Positions 10,769 to 20,000 of a stretch of DNA of 20,000 nt are shown here, piece after piece (within the stretch, counting starts at the first letter, position 1; each line of letters begins with the position of its first letter). Under the pieces are notes generated by a model. That model worked only from the letters and a program-made list of their open reading frames with translations. It did no database searches and was not told the DNA's origin. Source of the stretch: Microthyrium microscopicum (taxonomy: Eukaryota); the NCBI GenBank assembly GCA_010405405.1, contig MU004239.1, positions 1,297,647-1,317,646 on the forward strand, read 5' to 3'. The position numbers and the translations under genes were made by a program.

Positions 10769-12247
10769 CTTGCAGACAGTACGACAGTAGTAATTGCAAT
10801 GCAAGAAACGAAAGGTGACAGGTGGGAGATGGGCGCTAGCTGGTGAAGCGACGGTTAGGTCGTAGGAGGAGAGCGAAGGCGACTTGGAGTTGAGTTAAGT
10901 TAGGGGATGCCGAGATTGTGGTGTTGAGTGTTAAGACCAGGGGCTGGGAGCCTGCAACGGCTCCCTCAACGAATCAAACTACATCTACCTAATTCCCAAC
11001 CCGTTTCCAACATTCATAACGGTTGATTTTCTGGAGGCGGCTTGAAATGGGTATATTGACCAACTGCTTCCTTTTGCACGATGGATGGCCGAGTGCTGTA
11101 CTCCGTACACCGTACAACTCTCTTATCTACGGTCACTGCAACAGCGAGACACCGCAGGCAACAACACTTTGTCTGCTATTGCACGCCCTATATCCGCGAT
11201 TATGCTCAATCTACCATGGTCTTGACCAATTCTTATGCTCGTCATGACGCTGTGACGGCCCTGTGCACGGCTGTTTGTTTCAATTCCTTCTCCGATTACC
11301 ATGGTCCGTGGACAGACGTTTCAACTACCTACCTAACCAAAGGGACTCCATCATAGCCTAGGGATGAAATACACCTCTCAGACAGATCCTCTCTTCCTTC
11401 ATAGGATTCTTTGAGATTCTGCTGGCGCTTTTCCTCGGCGTGGGTGCATCGCTTCCTACTAACTAGCGTTATAAAGCCGCGGTTATCTTCTCTGATAATC
11501 ATGTCCTCGACTCAGGAGCAGCATCAAACCAAAGCGTGGGGAACATCAGTTGTCAATGCGTGGGAATCCCGTCATCCTTCTCAGCAGTCAAGGCAGTCTA
11601 TTCGGAGTACAACGAATCTGCTCTGTCAAACAGTCGTGATTCAAATATGGTCTTCATGTCTTCATGATGAAAGACTTTGGATAGTACTGATATCGGCCAT
11701 GATTACCGGCTCATGAGTCTGACTTGCTTCAAAACAAATGACACTTGACGGGGGTCTAACCAGAGACTCAAATTTTCATTTTCGCCGGATTGTTTAGCAC
11801 GGGAAGCATTCTCAACCAAACTGACCGTACAATATAAGCTTTCAATAGTAGGTTGTTTGACCGCCATAACCGATTCGATTCGTCTAGCACCACCAAAATC
11901 TTCAACCTGGTTGGGTTCAGTTCCAAGCAAATCAGTAGCAGGCATCATACTCTACCACAGCGAAAAACAGGAAGATGTAAAGTCTTCTACGGATGTCAAC
12001 TTGGCTTTCAAAGTGCTCTCAGTCTGAACGTATTTTGTACACCTTCTCCTGCACAAGGTTTAGTACTTGACGCCCGAATCTAGCTCCTCAGACGTCTGTG
12101 TATGAGGTCTCAACCAGTTTGTTATCAAATAACCACAGCTATTCGTCTTGTCCATGGCACCCGCAGGCAAAACAGGAGCATGAAAAGTCAGCACCTAGGC
12201 ACAACATTTGCTATTCATCTTTCATCATGAATATCAGGAATTGGGTC

Positions 12248-12826
12248 TCACATCGAAGTCACACTCATCCATGACGGAGCCACATTATAACTTCTGCGAT
12301 TATTCCTCTTTCCTCCATGTTGATTAGAATGCAATCCAATTCCTTGAGAACTATCAATCAGATATCCGAAGTTCTTAGGTACGAGTACTTGTCTACAAGT
12401 CCTCTGCCATTGCTCGAAGACGCAGACAGCATTGGAACATAGAAACATGCATGTTGCAACTTGCGGAAAGTCAGTTTGACGATCAAGATCTCCCCTTTCT
12501 CCTGAGGCTTTATCCGCGAAATACATGTGGCCAATGAACATAAGACATCGCAAGTTTGGGGGCCATTCTTGTATAAAGCCGCATTGAAACACTGGACGCC
12601 ACTGGAAACGATCAGGTTCCTTGAACTAAGTTCAAATCTCATTGGTCAGCCTTATACTCTTTTAGATATCTCAGCCTTTGCCGCAGCCATAAAAACGCCT
12701 ACTTCATTGCGAAAGGTAGAGAATCTGTGAGGTTATAGAAGCACGCACCAAGGCAAGGTCGATGTGGAAAGAACCCTTTGGTGATTCAACAACCACAATG
12801 TCCACACTCCTTACGATTCCTGTCAT
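12248..12826 (-). pseudogene. Possible second decayed BTB/POZ-domain gene
   Basis: Fragments MTGIVRSVDIVVVESPKGSFHIDLALVRAS (BTB N-terminal strand pattern), RLYT, LMFIGHMYFADK and TCRQVLV occur in order but in different frames and with stops. Confidence 0.3.
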
Positions 12827-13124
12827 GAAGAAGCCACCGCCCCATCGCTCCCGTCTTTTCGCGCCCAAAAAGCTTCATACATCCAAAGTGGAGCCAAGCA
12901 AAGCTTGACTGTCTACACGGAAACCCCGTGTCTGGCTGAAAACGGCTTAAGACACTGGCGAGGCAAATATATGCGGAAATGTGCTGGCCCCCATCAACTG
13001 GTTTGGGCTGATGGCTTGATCAAGATGTGGAAAGACAATGTGGCATATTTTGGCCATGATTCTACAGAAGAGCTCATCACATATAGTAAGAAAACGGCAA
13101 GTTGAGCAAGGCAGTGTTGGAACT

Positions 13125-13312
13125 CGAGTTAGTATAGTCGAGTACTAGTACTAGTACGGCTAGTATAGAATTATTTTAATACTTACTTGACTAGACTAGT
13201 CCAATCAAGATCCAGGACTAGTACTAGTACTATACTAGTCTAGAAATATATAATAAATACTCTACTAGTACTTGAGTACTAGTACTAGTATTACTAGTAT
13301 ACTAGTACTAGT
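13125..13312. repeat. Subterminal short-repeat array (TACTAG/AGTACT units, many palindromic)
   Basis: Examples: gagtactagtactagtac (13140-13157), gactagtactagtactatactagtc (about 13216-13240) and gagtactagtactagtattactagtatactagtactagt (about 13274-13312). These lie directly inside the putative TIR, as expected for hAT transposase-binding arrays. Confidence 0.75.
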
Positions 13313-14765
13313 TTTATATATAGATTAGGGTTAATATTATAGGGTTATTTTTATATCATTCGATTCGGAATTTTACGTAGATTACAATAGTGTTATTAGT
13401 TTTTTAATAGCTAGTCTTATTCTATAGTTATTATACTTTAAACATAAAGTTATTTAATTATATTATATTTTTAAAGGTTATTTAGTTATATAGTACTTAA
13501 TATTATGAATTACTTAATAATATTTTAGATTTAGGGTTCTAGATTTATAATATATACGAAACTATAAAAATTAGAGCTAAATATACTAATAATTAGTTTA
13601 AATACTAATAATTAGAAGTTAAGGGTATAAAACAATTAAGAAAAAGAGATAAATCTTAAAAATTTATATAAATAACTTAATAGTAGTAGATTTTAAGATA
13701 AATATATAAATTATTATATATTTAGATTTGTTAAAGTATAAGGAAAACAGCCCTAGAGTTAGTTTTTTAATAAGTTGCTTATATACTAATATATAGTAGT
13801 ATTTAAGAGTTTTTAATAAATATATTAATAAAAGTTTAAGGTTTATATTTTAATACTAGATAAATAAGGAGTATTATAGGTTATTAAAGATCTTATATAT
13901 ATATTAGTATTATATATATACTATAATCTAGATTTAAGATCTTATTTAAGCTTAATAAAGATAAAAAATAATAATAAAGATAATAATTAATAATAATAAT
14001 ATTCTAAAAAGAAATTATATTTAAGACTTTAAACCTATATTATAGTAAAGACCTTAGTAGTAGGTATATATTAGTCTTAATTATATTATATAAATATACT
14101 AAAATAGCTATATAATCTTAAATCTAAGATTATATTTAAGATTTATAAAATAAGAATTTGAAATATATATCTTTTAAATAATTATTTTATAACTTAAATA
14201 TAAGTAGCTACATAGTAGTAATATATATAAATATATATACTAAAATATTCTAGATTTTATGATCTATCTAATGCTATAGGTCTTAAAGCTTATTTAAGTC
14301 TAGTTTTAATACTATTCCTAATAATACTATTTTATTTTTAATGATTATAATTTACTTAATAAGCTAGAATAAGGGTTTTGCTATAGTATACCTAGAGTAA
14401 AAGGTATAACTATTATAATTATCTATATTTTAATTTATTTTATAGTATACTAACTACTAATACCTATATTTAAGTAATAAAATTCTATATATTCTTAAAA
14501 TCTTTATTTATTTATATTATATTTAATTCTTTTATTCTACTCTTTATAATATACTATTAACGTCTAATTTCTATATAAATTCTAATGCTACTAACCTTAT
14601 ATTCTATAAACTACTATCTAACCCTTTATTCTAATTTAAATAGTCTACTTTTATTTAATATAAATACTTATTTTAAGTTAAAATAATATTTTTTTATTTC
14701 TTTTATTTAAATATAATCCTAACTCTACTAATGCCTAAATAATAAATATAAACAATTTAACTCCT

Positions 14766-17102
14766 CTAATAATTACTTTCCTCCTTGCTATTACTATCGC
14801 TATTACTACTATCCTCTTTTGGTAAATATAATAAAGACTTTTGTAGCTTTTTAATACTAGGCATTTGCTAGTTTTTTAACTGAATAATCCGTTTAGAAGT
14901 TTTAGCTAAAAGCTTATTTCTATTATTAGAAATAATATTACCGCCAATACTAAATGTACTTTTAGTACTAGCTGAAGTAGTAGGTATTATTAAGTATTTC
15001 TTAGCTAAGTGAAATAAAATAGGAAATTCTATTTGTTTTATATTCTAGTATTTTAAAGGAGACATTTTAGGATTAGTAACGCGTACTTCTCTTAAATAAT
15101 GAATAAATTCCTCTTCTATAGGAGTATTCTTACTAATTGGAATAAAAAACTCGTTTTGTTGTTTGTTTGGAATAATAATAGGAATATTACTATTTTGAGT
15201 ACCTAAAGAACTAGGATTTAGCTTTCTAAAAGCTGTATAATACTCGTCTTTAAATAGTTTAGATACATTACTTAGAATATTGTTGTAGTGATGTAATATA
15301 CTATGAGGCGTATTTTTAAAATGCTTTGTTTTATATCTAGGATCTAGAATTAATGCTAGAATAAAAGGTTTTAACTTTTTTACTTGTTCTAGATTATAAA
15401 TCTTATGAGGATAGTACTCTTCTAGCTTTTTAATACCTGCTTTTATAGCTTTAATAAAGTATTTACGCTCTGGATAATTAGCTAATAAAATAGATCTAAT
15501 AGACATTGAAAATTTAAGCATCTTTTCTTCTAATTTATTAAATAAAGAATAAATATATAAAAGCGTTTGATTTAATGTAGTATAAATTTGCCCTTGTAGA
15601 GCAACTGTAGGTATATCAAAAAACTTAAGAATATCTTTTAAATTCTTTAGTGCTAACTAATTAGCTTTGTTAAAAGTAAACTTCTTTTTAAAGTTTTTAT
15701 TCTTAGTATTTATAAAGACATATTTAACGCATAATTTAAGCTTAAAAAGACACTCTAAAGTATAATACGTAGAGTTCTATCTAGTATTATTATCTATAGG
15801 CACTTTAGTAATTTGTATTTCTTTAGGAATTAATCCTTGTTTGAGATAAAGCTTTCTAGATAATTTAAAGTTTTTTTGATGTTCTATCTCGTATTTAATA
15901 CCCTTTACTACTCTTTTAAGTCTACCTATAAGACTTTTAGAAGCTATATTATCTAGAATAGCTTCTAGTTCAGCTAGTGTAGTATTTGCATTAATAAGAG
16001 TAGCTCTTTCTCTAGCAGATTTTATTTTTTTATTATAATTAACTAAAAATACTCTTAAAATAGTTTTAGCAACTAGATTAATTATATGCGTAGCACATCA
16101 AATATCATAGAAATCTACAGTAGAGCCCTGTAGTTCTTTTTCAGCTTTTAGCTATTCAATAAGTGTAGTATTATTACTAGCGTTATCTTGCGAAAAACTA
16201 ATAATATTATTAAGACTTAAATTAAAAGACTTAATAATTCTATTAAATATACTATAAAGATAAATACTAGTATGATTAGAAGTTAATCTTTTGAATCCTA
16301 ATAGCCTATACTGTATTTTATAGTCTTTACTAATATAAACTGCTATAATACCTAAAAAGGTATGCTGATTAGAATTACTAGTCTAAGCATCTAGCGCAAT
16401 TGTAAAATAATTATTTCTAGATACTATAGCTTTTAATTTACGCTTTAGCTTCTCTTTAGTAGTATTATAAGTAGAATATAGTAAATTCCTTATATTTTTA
16501 TGGTTAATTGTAGGACTATAATGATTATAATACTTTAGTAGTTCTTTAAAAGAATTAGAACTATAAGCATTAAAAGAAAGGTTATTTTTAACTATAAATT
16601 TTACTATTAAGTGTATAGTACCTTCGTTAGTAAATTCCTGATTAGTGTTAGCTCTTACTCGTTTATTACTAGTTATAGCTATAGAAAAAGGGGTGTTATT
16701 ACCTTTAGATTTAATTCTAGCGCGATATTTCCTAATAGTCTCTTTATTAGTTTTATTGTTCTTATTTAAAGCAACCGTTTTATGGGCTGCTTTATAGTGT
16801 TTAATAAAGTTAGAGGTTTGAAAACCTTCTAATTTAACTATAAGACTATAGGAATAAAGAGTATATCTAACTCTAACTTCTCTATGCTTAGTAACATTAA
16901 TAGGAAGTAGTTCTCTAATAAATAGCCTATTAGAAAGAGCATAAGCTTTGGAATTTCTATCGTTTAATTGAAAGTGCTATTTATTATACTTATGATAAGT
17001 ATAACTAACATTACTAGAGATATTAGACGCACTATCTCTAGGCACTATAGAATTAGCATTTGATGCTTGGCTAGCTCCTAGCATATTATTACTATTCGTT
17101 AT
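14766..17102 (-). pseudogene. hAT-family transposase, RIP-inactivated, about 779 codons in a single frame
   Basis: Start ATA (probably ATG before RIP) at 17102. BED finger VRVR-Y-TL-Y...TSNFIK-H-YKAA-H with TGT>TAT changes. FTIALDA*TS..HTFLGI (first catalytic D, 16391-16389). QDNASNN (second D, 16187-16185). DI*CATHIINL (CxxH). TR*NST. ALILDPRYK. Dimerisation domain FPILFHLAKKYLIIPTTSASTKSTFS with the catalytic E changed GAA>AAA (14963-14961). All checked motifs are in the same frame. Confidence 0.93.
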
Positions 17103-17483
17103 TTTAAAGAATAGTAAACTTCTAAAAGAAAGAAATCTATAGAATAATACTTAAAGCTAGATAAGTAAAAGTAAAGAGATAGTTCTTATTGTTTATATTG
17201 ATAGATAGATAGTATAAAATAACTAGTCTTAAATACTAAAACTAAGTATAGCAAAAAATAAATAAGAAAATGTTTTTTTTTAATTTTAGAGATTTTAAAG
17301 ATTTTTAGATGTTTTTTTAGATATAAGTAAATCTAATAGCAAAATTGCTAGAATAAGAGTAAACTAGATATAAGATAAATAGTTAAAGTAAATAGAAAAG
17401 CTATAAAGCTATAATTGAAATAAAAGCTTAGAAAAATACTAGAAAAATAGTAAATAATCTAAATATTCTAATAGTAGAATTAG

Positions 17484-17775
17484 CTAAATAAACTAATGCT
17501 AAAGAGTAAGAGCAAATAAAAGCTAGAGGCTATAAAAGCTAATCCTAAGAATGGAATAGTGTAGAAATATATTATATAGCAATAGCTTTTATATAAAAAA
17601 ATACTTAAAAAGTAGTTTCTAACTAGAATTTCTAGTAAAATACTAACTAAATAAACTAATGCTAAAGAGCAAAAGTAAATAAAAGCTAGAGGCTATAAGA
17701 GCTAAATCTAAAAAGGGAATAGTGTAGAAATATATTATATAGTAATAGCTTTTATATAAAAAAATACTTGAAAAA
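17484..17775. repeat. Direct repeat, two copies of about 128 bp (17484-17611 and 17647-17775), period 163 bp
   Basis: Both copies read ctaaataaactaatgctaaagag...aaataaaagctagaggctataa...gaatagtgtagaaatatattatatag.aatagcttttatataaaaaaatactt, with few, mostly transition, differences. Confidence 0.9.
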
Positions 17776-18097
17776 AAAAGTAAAAAAGTTGAAAAATGTA
17801 AATGCTATATAGTAAGTATAAAAATAAGATTTGGGGTAGTAAGAAGAAGTAGACTAGCTACAAATAATGTAGAGAGTAATAGCTATAGATAGTAGTCTAG
17901 CTTACAGGGGGGGGGAATGTCTGAAAAACTAAGAATTCTAAGTGGAATTCGCCTCTATAAGTATATACACAACGCTAGATTAATATATGCTAATTACTAT
18001 TGTATTTAGCAGGTTTAGAGCTACTGAACGTCGTTAAGATTACCTCTTTTGGGCTAGTATTGCGAAAGTTATGGGTAATAATAATAAGGGGTAATAT
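17768..18097 (-). pseudogene. RIP-mutated gene of unknown function, left member of the divergent paralog pair (exon 1 18097-17906, intron 17905-17858; 3' end uncertain, may run through the direct repeat)
   Basis: Reads (M)LPLIIITHNFRNTSPKEVILTTFSSSKPAKYNSN*HILI*RCVYTYRGEFHLEFLVFQTFPPP, then gtaagc...ttgtag, then hydrophobic LVYFFLLPQILFLYLLYSIYIF. The N-terminus is homologous to the gene starting at 18276. Confidence 0.55.
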
Positions 18098-18374
18098 TGA
18101 AACTATAAAATAGTTTATTATAATAGGGTAAACGTATAGTAATAAACATGGTTTTAAGGGGCTAGACCTTGTAAAATAACGCTAAATAGGGGTATAAATA
18201 CTAAGAGTTTTAATAGTAAATGCATTATTAACCCTTTTAATAATACTGTTTATATAGCTTGTTTACTTTGTAACAATATTACCCCTTATTATTATTATGT
18301 ATAACTTTCGTAATACTGGCCCAAAATAGGTAATCTTTATGGCGTTTGGAAGCGCTGAACCTGCTGAATACGAT
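17999..18374. repeat. Inverted repeat with 101-bp arms (17999-18099 and 18274-18374) and a 174-bp spacer; weaker similarity extends outward to about 17962 and 18418
   Basis: Manual gap-free alignment gives 85/101 identical, with 11 transitions and 5 transversions. Confidence 0.95.
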
Positions 18375-19741
18375 GGTACTATTTGGGTCTTTATCGCGAG
18401 TCGTTGTTGTATATATATCCTTTAGTTACTTACAAAGAACTTACTTTTTAATAATCTACCTATTACTTCTACTTTCCTATTAAGGACTATATTTTAGTAG
18501 TATCTAGAAGTAGCCTTAGAGGCTATTTCTACTTGTCTTTTACTTTGTTCTATGTAATATCTCTTAGTAAGAATTCTTTTTCTTTTTTTTTTTTTTTTTT
18601 TTTTTTTTACTTATTAACTTTCTAGTCTCTACACCTAATTTGGTACACTTTTGTACTAGTTTTTGGTACTATTCAAATTAGCAAATTCTTCTCTATTGAA
18701 TGGTATAGCTTTTGTGTTTTTATTGGCCTTATGGCGTAAGTTATTTATTCCTTTTTAACTTTTTTTTTTTTTACTTATTATTTATTATAGAGACGTAGTA
18801 ATTGCTAGATATTTTAAAAGTAAGTCCCCTCTACTCCTTATTATAGCCTTAACTAATTTATGTTTTTTTATAGAGCTTTCCCTTAACGATTCCTGTGTTA
18901 AACTACAAAGATTCTTAAATGAATTCTTAGGTTACGGAAACGCCCTTTTATTTGAAAATAAATTGAACTATAATTCTTGGATATTATAACGTGAATGGGC
19001 AGGAAATTAGGAATTTGGATATATTGTTTATATTTGCTAAGAGTGTGATCTATGACGTGTATATCTTAATTTCTTACCCCTTTTGGAAGGAAGAAACGTT
19101 AAATCTTTTATGGTTTATTTTGTCTTGGAAATTAGGCAAGTTGATTACAAAGCTGTATTCTTACATAATAGTAAGGAAACTACTATTTCTGTTACTTATA
19201 AGCCTGTTGCTATCTGGTCTTCTCGTGGTTCTAAAATAGAACTATCTTTACCCAAATTGGTAATTAACTGGAAAGGTCTTGAAGCTGATTGGTTGGAAGC
19301 TGCTTTTAAACTAGATCCTACAACACCTAGGTAAGCCCTTTATACTTCTTTTTATTTGAATTATATACTAACTCTTTATAGTGGTAAAGATCGTGTGTAA
19401 AAAGCATATAAATCTAACCTAAAATGGAATTCTAAGCTAAATGCTTCTTACGCTATAGAACGTTGAATTAAGCATTAAAAGCTACTAGATAACTATGCCC
19501 TAGCGAAGAAGGAACGAGTAGCTGAATAGAAGCTAAAGCATCTTCTTTGGAAGGTTAGTAATATTACTTTTATTTACTTTATTTTACTAATTTTTAATAG
19601 AAACTAAAGCTTGAAAAAGCTATAGATTTACAAGAATCTAGCCCTGCCCTTAGTGCTGCTTCTGATTCTACGTACATAGATGACGCTAGTGTTAATGCTT
19701 CTGATCTAGATGTAGATTACGACCTAGATCGTTTCTTTTAG
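18276..19741 (+). pseudogene. RIP-mutated six-exon gene of unknown function, about 400 codons (exons 18276-18566, 18626-18735, 18791-18819, 18874-19330, 19382-19553, 19601-19741; may continue to 19870)
   Basis: Five 47-59 bp GT-AG introns (donors gtaaga, gtaagt, gtaagt, gtaagc, gttagt, with pyrimidine tracts and CTAAY-like branch sites) keep one reading frame. Every internal stop can be explained as CAA/CAG/CGA changed to TAA/TAG/TGA. The protein has a hydrophobic N-terminal third, a YIC*EC (CxxC) motif, a basic helical segment and an acidic tail. Confidence 0.75.
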
Positions 19742-20000
19742 TTAGATTTCTATGTTTTTTCATTGGAGTTAGGATTTCCTTACAAAATTGCTTACATAAT
19801 TAAAAAAAAATATCTACTATCTTCTAGAGCTGAATTTTCTTATTTAAACGCTATATTCATTATATCTTAACTCTTAGTATTACCTATAGTATTTAATAAA
19901 TAAGTTTTTTTAAAATTAATAATAAATATAAAAAATAAGAAGTAAATAAGAAAAACTACTATTACTACCTTCTAGAGCTAGTAATAAGGATTATAACGAT

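Larger units (their letters stand above)
13112..20000 (-). mobile_element. RIP-mutated large hAT-superfamily DNA transposon or TE block; the left terminus is visible and the other end is probably outside the window
   Basis: Abrupt switch to very AT-rich, TpA-rich and CpA/TpG-poor DNA. Begins with CAGTGTTGG, a hAT-like TIR start, followed by subterminal repeats. Contains a hAT transposase. I found no matching CCAACACTG-like end with subterminal repeats in the window. Confidence 0.7.

Noticed and set aside
11023..12100. Several 70-100 aa ORFs
   Set aside because: No motifs, inconsistent strands and no convincing splice structure.
13125..13312. Repeat array as CRISPR-like or telomeric
   Set aside because: Eukaryotic context, no repeat-spacer periodicity and not TTAGGG. 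It fits transposon subterminal repeats.
17999..18374. All 11 transitions between the arms are G-U compatible on the + strand, suggesting a selected RNA hairpin
   Set aside because: The same pattern follows from the + strand C>T RIP bias seen across the whole block, so it is not independent evidence of RNA structure.
17999..18374. Inward-reading frame (IVFSRF...DYLFWASI) with apparently synonymous third-position differences and a vague Zn-cluster-like tail
   Set aside because: It is the antisense of the outward frame. RIP at first-position G in the real frame mimics third-position changes, and only the outward frames connect to splice sites.
18577..18608. Poly-T run as a retroelement poly(A) tail
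   Set aside because: It sits between a GTAAG donor (18567) and a TAG acceptor (18625) in a frame-preserving intron, and there is no LINE/SINE body next to it.
18991..19239. 82-aa hydrophobic ORF
   Set aside because: An alternate-frame artefact of T-rich RIPed DNA. The frame containing 19083-19334 is the one linked by introns.

Overview
Filamentous ascomycete genomic DNA in two compartments. Bases 1-13111 have ordinary GC content and hold five intact genes, which I spliced by hand: a FUN14-family protein (-), a GT71 MNN2-type alpha-1,2-mannosyltransferase (-), a BED-like zinc finger/TenA(Pet18-like) fusion (-), a small six-cysteine GPI-type CFEM protein (+) and a convergent DOMON/cytochrome b561 protein (-). 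There are also two probable decayed BTB/POZ relics. From 13112 to the end the DNA is abruptly AT-rich and mutated by repeat-induced point mutation (RIP). This part starts with a hAT-like terminus (CAGTGTTGG plus subterminal TACTAG repeats) and contains a full-length, frameshift-free but RIP-killed hAT transposase. Upstream of the transposase lies a head-to-head pair of intron-containing genes whose first ~35-45 codons are homologous, which creates a 101-bp inverted repeat. The right-hand gene reconstructs as six exons and ~400 codons, encoding a protein I do not recognise. The leading candidate for a new system is this large cargo-carrying hAT element with its paralogous gene pair. The next candidates are a possible stop-codon readthrough/editing extension of the BED-TenA gene and the CFEM + DOMON-b561 pair. 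No database searches were run; all family calls come from motif recognition.
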